64,000 bases of DNA from NCBI RefSeq assembly GCF_009914755.1, contig NC_060929.1; one strand, given 5' to 3'. The first letter of the stretch is position 1; each line of letters starts with the position of its first letter. This DNA comes from the human T2T-CHM13v2.0 reference genome, Homo sapiens. This document shows positions 14,693 to 31,059 of this stretch, piece after piece. Below the pieces are notes generated by a model. The model was not told the origin of the DNA. It ran no database searches and worked only from the letters and a program-made list of their open reading frames with translations. The translations under genes and the position numbers were made by a program.

Positions 14693-16888
14693 TTAATTAT
14701 ATTTCCCTGGAGATTTTGTGCTCCCTAATAGTTCTTCATTTTGCAGAATTTATGTATAAAATTCCTTACTATTAGTCTGTGTTCCATTTACATTTTATCA
14801 TGACTTCTGCAGTGGTTGCATCCAATTTATTTTGTTCTTTTGGCCACTGAACATTCATTAATGAGAAATCATGCTTGACATTAGCTTTACAAGCCAGTGT
14901 ATTGAACATACATAGGCATAAAGTTACCAACTCTGAGAATTACTCTTCAAATTTGATTGGCTGAAGCACATGTGTCATCTTTCATGCATAACTTGCTTTT
15001 CCGTTCTTCAGGATCACATTGCATCTTTTGATCAATGACTCTTTAAAATGTTGTCCACTGACAAGAAGGAGCACTGTCATCAGTTTTTATTCCTTCTTTT
15101 CATTACACTACATGTAGATTACAATAGAACTTTTGATGGATGTATGCAAACAGGTACAATGTTTATCCAAAGTTGAAGCAAAGCCTGAATGATCCTATGA
15201 AAGATATTGGCTGTCCTGCCCATGTTCTCATAATGCTGCTTAAATAGCACTGGATGTTTTCTATTGAGACTGAAGTAATTATCATGAAATTTTTCACGTA
15301 ATGTAATCATTTAGGTTTTGCTTCAACTTTGAATAATCATTGTACCTGTATGCATAACATATAATGTAGTGTAATGAAAAGAAGGAATAAAAACTCATGT
15401 AATAAATTAAAAAACACATGTAATATAATGTAGTATAGATTTTATTCTTTCTTTTTCATCACACCACACATGGTGATTCCACTTGTACCCACACTGGAAA
15501 AGTATTTAGTAACATCCATGTAAAAAACTGAATTTTTCAAGGGATGAAATCCATCTTGAAAGATGGTCATAACAAGTGTTGTAATAATTGTCCACTCTGA
15601 GCTAAAATGTATTTTCCTGTTCATATGTAATGTCCCTTTTAACAATAGTTTTGATAATTCAAGGGATGCATTTTTCATCAATTCTCCTTCAACACATTCA
15701 ACAAATACATTTAGCAATGGAGTAGTACTTCCATAACACTATTTGCTCTTTCAATTTGCAGAATCCTATAGCAGAATTGACACTGAAAACTATGAATGAG
15801 AAATAACTAGGCACCATTCAATGGATTATTTTAAAAGTCAAGAATTTTGGGGGCCTTTTCTTCATAATTAAAGTATAATTTCAGTGCTTGAAATAAATGG
15901 AAGATTCTCTCAACTATGTTTGTTAAAGAGATCCAATGGATTTTTGAATGCAAGAGAAATGAATAATTCCGAATGCCAAAATCATAAAAATCCTTAAAAT
16001 GTTCAGTTAGAACCCTATAAATACTAAAGTAAGAGAACAATTTCATGATAATTACTTCAGTTTCAATAGAAGAGATCCATCCAATGCTATTTACGCAGCA
16101 TTATGAGAACACGAGCAGGACTGCCAATACCTTCCATAGGATCATTGAGGCTTTGCTTCAACTCAAATAAATAGTGTACTTGTAAGCATACATCCAACAA
16201 AAGTTCTATTTGTATTATTTCCAACGAAAGCAGTAAAAACGTTTTCATTAACTGCCAACTCAAGAGGCTCTGCAAATATTTGCTATTGTTTCTGAAGTCT
16301 CACCTGGAAGGGATTCTACCTGCAATTGCCTTGTTGCAAGTGTTTTTATGAGAAAACTAGTGCGCGCAGGAAAAGTTGTACCTGTATTGTGATACTTGTA
16401 TTGTGGCTATGCCACAAAAAGATGAGGCATTTAGATATTTGATAATCTCTGTAATAATAAATGAAGCTATTATATTTTTTATTAGGGCAGTCGATTTTAT
16501 CCTAGCATTTGAAATTTTGCTTGCAATTTTGGAACCAGAAAATACTTTGTCAGTAGTATGTTCAAATAGTTATTTGAGCAGAAAGACTGATAATGATATA
16601 GTGTGGAAGGCCATTACAACTTCTATTACAACTATTTTTGTCTTAATCTGAGTTTCTCTTAATCAAAAAACTTTGTTGGTGTATCACTTTTCTTAGTACT
16701 GGTTGAGAAAATCTTACATCTCTTTTATGTTTAGCCATTCATATATGCTAGTTTCCATCTAACTTTCTATCATTTTTATACTAAATGAACAATTACTGCA
16801 CAAAGAGCTTCAAAAGGACTTTTCCTTGTTTAATAAATGTCCACTGGTCAGAAATTTCATCACAAAATTTACACTTGCTTTTTGACAA
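14693..16888 (-). pseudogene. Decayed, near full-length hAT-superfamily transposase (subfamily uncertain, possibly Blackjack-like); candidate lost domesticated gene
   Basis: Manual minus-strand translation across frameshifts gives collinear hAT motifs: LSKSKCKF..QWTFIKQG/SPFEALCAV..H....KH (BED-like finger); EVVMAFHT; SKIASKISNARIKSTALIKNII; FCGIAT/..S.HN; LPGETSETIA; AFVGNNTN; GIGSPARVL/HNAA; KLFSYFSIY...HSKIHWISL...ERI..LF.ALK.YF; ANVKHDFSLMNVQWPKEQNKL (dimerisation domain); ILQNEELL..TKSPGKY-stop at 14693-14695. Confidence 0.85.
15082..15471. repeat. Compound inverted/direct duplication inside the transposase fossil
   Basis: 15120-15295 is an inverted copy of 16035-16214; 15140-15182 is inverted to 15317-15360; perfect 32-bp inverted repeat 15082-15113/15364-15395; degenerate direct repeat 15084-15113/15440-15471. 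Confidence 0.9.
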
Positions 16889-17089
16889 TCAGTGGTTCAA
16901 ATATACGCAAATAAAAAACAGATCATATAAACTACTGCAAAAATGGAAGACTGACTTTGCTAAGCTCAGCCGCTTCAGTACATCTGTCACTCGTAAGTCC
17001 AAACTCATAACAAACCATAAACAAGGTCCAACTGTTAAAAGAGTTGCGTTACATTGAACCTGACATCTGATGCCAAAAGAAAAAAAAAG

Positions 17090-17450
17090 TGAACTTCCGG
17101 TTTGCTTGCAAGAGAGAACCGTACCTCTATGGGAAAGTCTCCCAACCCCCAGGGCTGATTTAGTGTAAGGTTTAGGGAAGCGGGTCATGCAGGGTCTGGT
17201 GGCGCTTCTGAAGCCTAAGTATTTAGGAATCTAAGGCCTTTCAGCTGTGTTAGCAAATCACAGGCGGAGGCTGCCTTTCGCCTCCGACTTCCGGGAGCGC
17301 CGGCGCTAGAGCGAGACACTTGCTCATTGGCTGCTGTCGAGCAGCGGAGGGGACCGAGGGGCCGGCCCTGATGCGCTGCCTTTCGGGCTGTAGTGGATCC
17401 GCTTACTTTTAGGAGTGCAGTTACTGCAGCGATGCTGTCGCCGACTGGCT
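17090..17450. promoter_or_regulatory. Orphan CpG-rich promoter-like element
   Basis: Local CpG cluster in AT-rich surroundings. ETS sites ACTTCCGG at 17093-17100 and 17287-17294; CCAAT (minus) 17326-17330; ZNF143/THAP11-like ACTACAGCCCGAAAGGC (minus) ~17378-17394. Confidence 0.65.
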
Positions 17451-18332
17451 GATTTTCAGAACGTGTGTATGATTAGAAGTTATCTCTAATTAACGGTGGC
17501 TCCTGTTCATGACTTTGGGCTTCTGCAAAGAACAGTGTTTTCCTTTCCCGAATAAAAAAATAAGTACCCTTAATTCTCAGTCTTCCCTTCTGTTCTTCCC
17601 TCAGCCGAACCTGCATGAAACCAAGAAGGTATTGTCCAAATCTTTATGGAGATACGCTTTTCAGCTAGTGTTGCCATTTAGGTGATTTAATTTAGGTGCC
17701 AGTTACTGTCGAGGAAAAGTAGCTCTGATGATTTTTGAATGTATTGAAAAAAGCTGAACACAGGACATTCAAGGAGTCTTGACAAAGTCAAGTAGACAAA
17801 ATACAGGATGTGCCCCACATACACAGCCAACTCTATGGGGAAAGTGAGACGGGAAGGGAGGGAAAGCCCCATATCCGACAGAAAGAAATCTAAGTCCTTT
17901 GTCTTTCTGGAAGGGCATCCATGGCATCCCGGCTTGTTAAAGAAAAATATTAGAACAACCTAAATATCCGTCAATCAGGGACTGATTGAATAGTTTTGCA
18001 CACTTGTAAAATGGAATACAATGCAGCTACTAAAAAGGAGCCAGTTCCATGAGCTGATAGGAAGACTACCACAATAGTTAAATAAATTTTTAAAAGCAAG
18101 ATACAGAACTCCGTATAACATGTGTGCTAAAACATGCATGAGGGTAAGGAGGTAAGAATAAATATATGTTCCTGCGCGCATAGACAATTTCTAGAAGGAT
18201 GCTAAAGAAACAGGTCGCAGAGATCTCTTTGGGGGAAGGGAACTAAAAGGCAGCAAGCGGAGGGAGTCTTCCTTTTTATGGCATATCCTTTGATACTGTT
18301 TTCATTTCTTTATTCTCTGTGATGCATTATGT

Positions 18333-18930
<598 letters not shown>

Positions 18931-18966
18931 GCATTATGTATATTAAACAATTTTAATTATATATTT

Positions 18967-19690
<724 letters not shown>

Positions 19691-19717
19691 CTATATTAGT
19701 CATTCTTCACTGCATGA

Positions 19718-20209
<492 letters not shown>

Positions 20210-21029
20210 TAAGAAAAAAGCAACCTTGATGTTATTGCACACTTTATAGGCTAGGACACACACAGCCTTCTTGACTGTTCTGGAGGGCTGCTTTTAACTG
20301 TCTTGCCAGAGCATATTTACTATTTCCCCATAGTATATAATCCTTGGGTGTGGGGAGTAACACATCTACCTGTCTTGTGGCCATGCAAGACCACACTTCT
20401 AAGTTACCTTAACAAATAATCCTCTACCAACAAGCTGGATTTGTCAGCCTCCTTTGATTTCTTGGCTCTGGCATTTGGGGGTCGCTCTGCATATCCAGCC
20501 CCTTTGCGGAACACTGGCTCACTCACATGCTTATTGGTAGGATTCAGTTGCTCATGAGCTGTCAGCTGGAGGCTTCCCTTGGTCCTTGCCACGTAGGCCT
20601 CTCCGCAGAACATCTCACAACATGGCAGCTTATTTTGTCAGAGTGAGCAAGAGACTTTTAATTATTTTGAAAACAATGAATTTTTAAAAATCGAATGTAT
20701 GGGCTGGGCATGAACAGGAGGCATGGATAGATTTGCAGGTGTGGACAGGATGTTTCTGAGCCTGGTGACCCTTCTGCAGGTGGGTGGACCTCCGCGCCTG
20801 GCTGATCAGCTGTGTGGGACACTTCCCACGTCTCCAAGTCTCTTCCATATCACGGAGCACAAGAAACAGCCTGGGTGGAAATGGGGGAAGTCCTAATCCC
20901 AGAGGGGAACAGCTTCATCCCACATAGCGAATGACTGAGAAGAAGAGCTCATGATAAATGTGCTTAACTGCACAAGCAGCCAAAGGGCACAGGAACCATC
21001 TGATTATTCTGTATAGAATTCATTTCCTA

Positions 21030-21434
<405 letters not shown>

Positions 21435-21589
21435 TCAGCTTGCTTTGAAGGTAATAACTCCTTTCCTGCCAAAAACAGTTATCTGCAGCACGAAATGTAT
21501 TACAGAGAGGTAGTATGGTAAACATTGGTGAAAATGGAGGGGTTGGGAGCAGCAGAACTCACTGTAGTGTATAATCACCCTTGTGCCAG

Positions 21590-21830
21590 CTGCTGATACT
21601 TACTGAACACTTACTGTGTCTTAGGGATGGTTCCAAGTGCTTTTCACACATTATCATTTCACTTAGTCCTTAGAACAACCCCCTGAGGTAGGCATTGTTT
21701 TTCCAATTTTACTGATGAGAAAACTTGCATAGACAGGTTTATAAGTCACCCAAAGTCACCAAGCTGATAAGTGGCTGACCTGGGGTTTGAACTCCGGTGT
21801 CTGTACTCCTAGCCATTCGACCGTACTGCC
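21590..21830 (-). mobile_element. MIR
   Basis: acaaccccctgaggtagg...ttttactgatgagaaaact core. Confidence 0.7.
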
Positions 21831-22036
21831 TCCAGGAGAAGGCTTCTCTCCAGCACAGCCTAAAAATGAGTTAAAAACGTCAGCATTCATTGAGTCCTTA
21901 TTGTGTTCCTCAGGGCTAGGAGAGATGCCATGGGCAACATTTGGTGTTTCTGAGTGCCAGGGTGGCTCCTAGAGTGTGAATGTTGTGTGTGTGTAAAATA
22001 TACATAACATCAAATTTACCATTTAATTCATTTTAA

Positions 22037-22378
<342 letters not shown>

Positions 22379-24649
22379 TTCTACCACTTGTTAATAGCAT
22401 GTGCATAAGCTTAGTTATGAGTCTGTTTGAGGCTCAGTTTTCCTATCTGTAGAAATGGAGATGTTGATAACTTCCATTCATTTATTCATTAATTCATTCA
22501 GTGAATCTGTTGAGGGCTTACTGTGGGCCAGGCACTGGGGATATAGTGAGAATTCATAGAATTTACAGAATGAGGGGTTAGGAGAGAAAGGGAAGGACCC
22601 AGGGGTGAATTACTTTGCAAAGGGAAGAATCATTTGTCTTGGGAGTAATCACTCCCTTACATCATAGGTACACAGTGAGTATACCACTGTGAGCCTGCAC
22701 TTTATTCCTCTCTATCCCACTATCCAACAGAAGACCTACAAAAACAGATAACGTTATTTAGGGTTCTGGGGTTGTAAGCAACAGAAACTGACTAGCTCAG
22801 TTTAACAAGGATTACTGGGAAATGATTGGGATTGCTCCAGAATCAAAAGAAGAGATAAACAATCAGTCCTCAGGGAGGCCCCGAAGAGCCCAGGCAGTGA
22901 CAGGAATCTCAGCGGCAACTGTTTGTGGCCCAGCCTCCCTTGGGGCTCTTCCTTAGATGGCCTGCTCCAACCTTTGCCTCCCATCTGAGAGTCTCCTGCC
23001 CCAACTCCCAATGCCTGATTGCCCCAGCTCAGGGCACGTGGGGCAGGGCTGCTGCCTACAATTACAATTAGGCTTTGTAAACTTCAGGGGTTACCCATCA
23101 TAGTCATCAGAGGTTTGAACACTCATTATGACAATTGTCTAGCAAATAGCAGTAAAATGTCGTGAGGAATGGTGTCTTTGTTCAAAGTCACCACTGAGGC
23201 AAAAAGAGTAAAACTTTATCTAGGACTGAGAGTGAAAATCAACTTGTCCTGGAAAAGAAAACAGCAGGTTAAGAGGACAGAAAAGTTAAAGCCAGCTACA
23301 AAGCCGGCAAGAAACATTGTTCCTCCCAATGTCGTAGTGGCTGTGAAATGCTGTAAGGACCCTCTGCAAGTGGCCACTGCTCTCTTACCTATGACCAAAG
23401 ACAAAGGCAGAAGCGTGCTTTGCTATTCTCATTTAATACTGGGGATAACCAACTGCTCAGCTGCCCTGGCCTCATGACAATGCTCAATCCGTAGTTAATC
23501 CTTGCTCTTCTTAATCCCTCATCCAAAACAGCATCCAATCCAGACTGATGCCTGCTTCCCTTCAACCCTCCTTAGAATCCTTGAGCAGGAACCCAAATCT
23601 TGCAAGACAGCTGCCCTCCTTCCGGAGATCCTCTGGAGTGCTCCACCTTACTGCTCGGAGGAAAGAAATCTGAATTCCTCAGACTGTAGGCTCATTTCTG
23701 GTGGTCTCTGGCTGATCAGGTTTTAAAGAAACTGTCAGGGACTGGAATAGAGGACTGTAATTGGCAGTCCCACCAGAACCATGGGAGAGGGGTAGGCAAT
23801 TCCCCAAAGGAAAATGGAGTGCTGTCATCAGAAAAAGGTGAAGGTATTGAGCATCCAGACCCAATGGATGGCTCTTGGAGTAGGTGCTCAATTAATCCTA
23901 GTTGTTATTCGTGAGGTTGTCTTTTAGAGACACTACAGCAAATTATATAAAGTTATAGATTATAATAATGCATAATAATGATTATTTGCTGCGTGGCAGG
24001 CATGATATATCTACTACCTCATTTAATTCTTAAAGCAAACTCACACTTACTTTATAGGTCTCCACAGTTTCTAGGACATGCTTTCTGTATAGGGAGCATC
24101 TTCCAGTGTGAGTACTGGTGATGTTCCACTCGTCAGAGGGACACAAGGAAAAGATGGCAGTTGCTATCATCTCAGGATACCATCTCAGTATCTAGGCCAG
24201 CCTGACAGCGCTCCTTGGATCCCTGTGGATCTCCGTGGGGCTGTGTGTGAAGTCCAAAGCGGCTTCAGACCCAACTTACTCTGCTGTGGGGCAGGGGACT
24301 TGTGCTCTGCTCCAGCAGCACTGACAATAACAATAACTAAAAACACTTAGAGGCTGTTTTACTACATGCCAAGGACTGTGCTAAGAGCTTTACGTGTGTC
24401 ATCTTATTTAACAGATGAGGAAACCAAGGCCTGAAGATGTTCCTTATGAAGGTCACACAGTTGATAAATAACAGAGCCAGGACTTGAACCAGAAGCTGTC
24501 TAGAGCTCATGGGCTAAACTACAGGCTGTATTGCTTGGCTGATCTGCGACCATCTGTAAATGCAGCCTCTTTATAGTTTTTACTTGTTAATTTATGTGCA
24601 CATTTCATATGTGAATATATTTTTAAGTGAATTAATGTATAAAGCATAA

Positions 24650-24990
<341 letters not shown>

Positions 24991-25679
24991 AAGACTGTCA
25001 TTATTATTTCAATTGCAAATGGATGTGTTCTCGACAAATATATAAGCCAAATCCTATTCCGTTTGTAACTTTAGCTTGTGATTCCCGTTTTATCTTCATT
25101 GCTCAGCAATGCACTGTTCACCACAGCTCTTAAATGCCCTCTATCTCTTCCCTGAACATCTGCCAAACTGCTCCCTCGCGCTCTTAACGTGGCAAACACT
25201 TACAGGCGAGTTCCTGAAAAATAAGAGCACCTCTTAGCAATTCTTTTGGGAAAGGAAGAATCCTGTTGTCACGGGATAGATGTCCTCACCCTCTAATTTT
25301 TCCGTTCATAATTTCAGGAATCCTCTCCAGGATTTGAAGAGGAAAAGGTGGAACGGAGTCTGTGATCACTGTTCCACAGACTGGGGAAAGCCCAGGGGAG
25401 CCTTTGTCACTGACAGTAGCCAGCATGGCTCAGACTGTAGGCTCCGGCCACCAGCAACACCTTCCCTGTAGGCATCTGGGTAAAGATGCGGGCTCCTTGG
25501 CCCACCTTGACTTACCAGAGCCGTATCTCAAGGATGGTGCCCATGACCCTGCATTTTTAGCACATTTCCTAAGCTATAGTCTTATTCTAACATTAATGGG
25601 GAGGAGCCTGGGGCAGGACTGCAATCACTGTTAAAGGAGCGAGTATGTTTACAAAGCGCCTCATAGATTACTGCCTTTT

Positions 25680-26908
<1,229 letters not shown>

Positions 26909-27664
26909 TTTTCTAGGGGTCTGTGATTTCACTCTCACATATCTTCCCTGCACAACTTATTGTCATGGCTTCGTTTATTTTGTTACTGTCAACTTCCTTA
27001 TTACACTGTGGTTCTAAGACTCCCCCTCTGAAGAATATGGTAGGGGAGCAAGCACTCTCTCTGTTTCTCCTTCCAGAAGGCTGTTTGCACATTATCTAAC
27101 ATCTTCCCAGGCCTCTCAGCCTTTTTCTTACTTCTGGTCTTTGCTGCAGGTGTTCAATTATTGAGCAGGTTGGGAAGGTACCTCTAGAATGTGCAAAAGA
27201 CCCATACCCCTTGTGAAGCTCAAAGATGAAATTTATATGAAATCAGTTTGTCTTTGGATTTGAGGCACTGATAATTTGTAGCTAATTTAATATGAACTGG
27301 ACTGAGAGAACTAGAGCCTGTTTGTTTCATCTCCCTGGCTGGCCTTCCCCTCCCTCCTTCCTGTTTGTGTACTTCTTGTCTCTAGCTACTATTGCAGACT
27401 TCATTTATCATCTGAGGGTGCCTGAGGTGCCCTGGAGGATGTCACTCCTTCTAGGTGGAGGAGTGAATGCAGAGGGGACCTGTATCTGTGCCTGGCTGTG
27501 GGTGGGGGATTAATAAGAGATGCCATATGCATGTGGGAAGAAAGAAAGAAATGCATGTAAAACACCTTGCTACAACTCAACAACAATAACAAAAAACAAC
27601 CAATTAAAAAATGGGCAAAGTACTTGAGTTGAAGTACTTTGATACACAAATGGCTAGCTAATAA

Positions 27665-27919
<255 letters not shown>

Positions 27920-28210
27920 TAAGCTGATCTCGAACTCCCGACCTAAGGTGATCCACCCGCCTCGGCCTGCCAAAGTGCTGGGATTACAGGCAGGAGCCAC
28001 TGTGCCCAGCCCTACTAATCTTTACGTAAACGCAAATCCAAACTGCAATGAGATACAAGTCACACCCATTAGGATGGCTACTATCAAAACAACAGCACAG
28101 AACAAGTGTTGGCAAGGGTGTGGAGAAATTGGAACCCTTGTGCACTGTTGGTAAGAATGTAAAATGGTGCGGCCATTATGGAAAACAGTATAGCGGTTTG
28201 TCAAAAATCA

Positions 28211-28600
<390 letters not shown>

Positions 28601-28707
28601 TAGGATTACAGGCGTGAGCCACTGTGCCCAGCCTCTTTTTATTTTTTTTAAGTTAAAAAATAAAAACAAACAAACAGACTTGCCATATGATCTATCAATA
28701 TAACTTC

Positions 28708-29362
28708 CTTTTTTTTTCTTTTTTTTTAGAAAAGATGTTTATTCAGGCCTGATGTCTCGATACAGCTAGATGTACAAAAATATATCATTCAAAGTCACGA
28801 AAACCATCATCATATTGGTGTGACCTCCTTCCTCCCCTTGGGCACAGCCTTTGCAACTGGCCCCTTCCCAGCTGCCTCCTTTGAAATCTAGGAGTTGGGG
28901 GAAAGGGTCACTTCTTGGCAGCTTCCTCCTGGGTGGCCAAATCTGCCTTCTTCTGAGCAGCCAGGAAGATGGCTTGTTCCTTCTGGAAAGCTGCAAACTC
29001 TTCTGAACTGAGGCTGTTGGCCGGGCCCCCTTTTCAATCCCAGCTGCTGCCTTCACGAAGTAGGAAACAGTGGGTTGTCCAATCTTGATTTCAAATGTCC
29101 CGTCAGGCTTCACAAAAATCTTGGTAAGCAGAGGAATGCCTTCCTTGATGTCCTTTGTCCTCTCATTGAACTCCTTGCAAAATTGGTTGATGGAAGCCCT
29201 TCTCTGACCCAGCACTGGGCCTAGTGGGGGCCCGGGCATGGCCAGGCCTGCCCGCACGATGGTCCGGATCACATCGCCGACCTCGGGCTTCCTGAGGCCC
29301 CGGGTGGCCCGGCCGAACTTTGACATGATGTGGGGCTGCTGGCTTTAGTTCACCTCAGGGCC
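28708..29362 (-). pseudogene. MRPL11 processed pseudogene (probably MRPL11P2) with internal deletion
   Basis: ORF 29326-28766 starts [42 protein letters not shown] (MRPL11). Intronless; AATAAA (minus) 28738-28743; poly-A 28708-28727; 19-bp TSD gatctatcaa(t/c)ataacttc at 28689-28707 and 29363-29381. Confidence 0.95.
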
Positions 29363-29435
29363 GATCTATCAACATAACTTCTGGGTGCATGTCCAAAAGA
29401 ATTGAAAGCAGAATCTTGAAGAGGTATTTGTACAC

Positions 29436-29862
29436 TGTTAAAAGAAAAACTTCAGCCGAATTAAATTTAAAGGAGTTTAACTGACCAATGAAGGATTCAC
29501 GAATTGGGCAGCCCCCAGAATCACAGCCAATTCAGAGAGACTCCAGCACAGCCACGTGGTAGAAGATTTATAGACAAAAAAGGGAAACGATGTAGGGAAA
29601 TTGGAAGTGAGGTATAAAAACAGCTGGATTGGTTACAGGTTGGCGTTGCCTTATTTGAACACAATTTTAACACTTAGCAGTCTATGAGTGGTTGAAGTTT
29701 GGCTGCTGGGACTTGCCAAGACTCAGCTATTGTTACAGGTGCACACTCCTAAGTTAGGTTTTCAATCTTGTCTGCCTATTAAGCTAGGTTACAGTTCATC
29801 CACAAGGACTCAAATAGAGAAGTACGGAGTCCTTCTCAGGCCATATTTAGTTTGCTTTAACA
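29436..29862 (-). mobile_element. MER57A-type ERV1 solo LTR
   Basis: TG...CA ends; minus strand begins tgttaaagcaaactaaatatggcctgagaaggactccgtac; 4-bp TSD acac. Confidence 0.85.
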
Positions 29863-31059
29863 ACACCTATATTCCTGGCAGCATTATTTACAATACAGGT
29901 AGTTAAAACATGGAACTAACCCCAGCGTCCATCAACAGATGAATGGATAGATAAGCAAAATGTGGTACATACATACAATGGAATATTATTCAGCCTTAAA
30001 AAGGAAGAAAATTCTGACACATGCTATAACATGAATGAACCTTGAACAGACTATGCTAAGTGAAATAAGCCAGTCACGAAAGGACAAATACTGTTTGATT
30101 CATATAGCTGTAGGTCTATGTGTACCTGGAGTAGTCAAATTCATAGAGACAGAAAGTAGAAGGGTGGCTGCTGGGGGCTGAGGGAGGAGAACAGGAGTTA
30201 TTGTTTAATGATACAGAGTTTTAGTTTGGGAAAATGAAAAAAATTCTAGAGATGGATGGTGGTGGTGATGGTTGCACATCAATGTGAATGTACTTCACCA
30301 ACTGTGCACCTAAAAATGGTTAAAATGGCTGGGCGCTGTGGCTCACACCTGTAATCCCAGCACTTTGGGAGGCCAAGGCGGGAGGATCACGAGGTCAGGA
30401 GATCAAGACCATCCTGGCCAACATGGTGAAACCCCATCTCTACTAAAAATACAAAAATTAGCTGGGCATGGTGGCCGCGTACCTGTAATCCCAGCTACTC
30501 TGAAGGCTGAGGCAGGAGAATTGCTTGAACCAGGGAGTCAGAGGTTGCAGTGAGCCGAGTTCACGCTACTGCACTCCAGCCTGGTGACAGAGAGAGACTC
30601 CGTCTCAAAAAAAAAAAAAAAAACAGTTAAAATGGTAAATTTTATGTTATGTATATTTTACCACAATTTTTAAAAGTGGAGGCAATAAGAGTACCTACCT
30701 CAAGCATTGTAAGTAGTTGCCAGTATTTATTAAGCATTTACTGTGTTGTCAGCACTGTTCCAAGAACTTTAGGCACATATTTATCTCACTTAATCCTTGC
30801 ACAAACCTTTAAGGTGAATTTATATAGATAAGATATATATCTGTTATATATGATATATAGATATGCTATATCAATATCTCTCTCACATTTTTTTTTTTTT
30901 TGCTGTTTCACAAATGGAGAGGCTGAAGTCTAGTGGCACTAATTGTCACTCATCTAGTAAAAGGCGGAGTCAGATATGATACCCAGACCTGGTCTCTGGT
31001 GTAGTTTCTTCCTCTTCTTTTTTTTTTTTTTTTTTTTAACAGCAATAACTTCAGCATCT

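Noticed and set aside
14480-17900. Terminal inverted repeats/TSD for the hAT fossil
   Set aside because: Searched by eye for (T/C)AGGGTGACCA-type and CAG-type paired ends and found no convincing pair. Decay could hide them, so absence is not proven.
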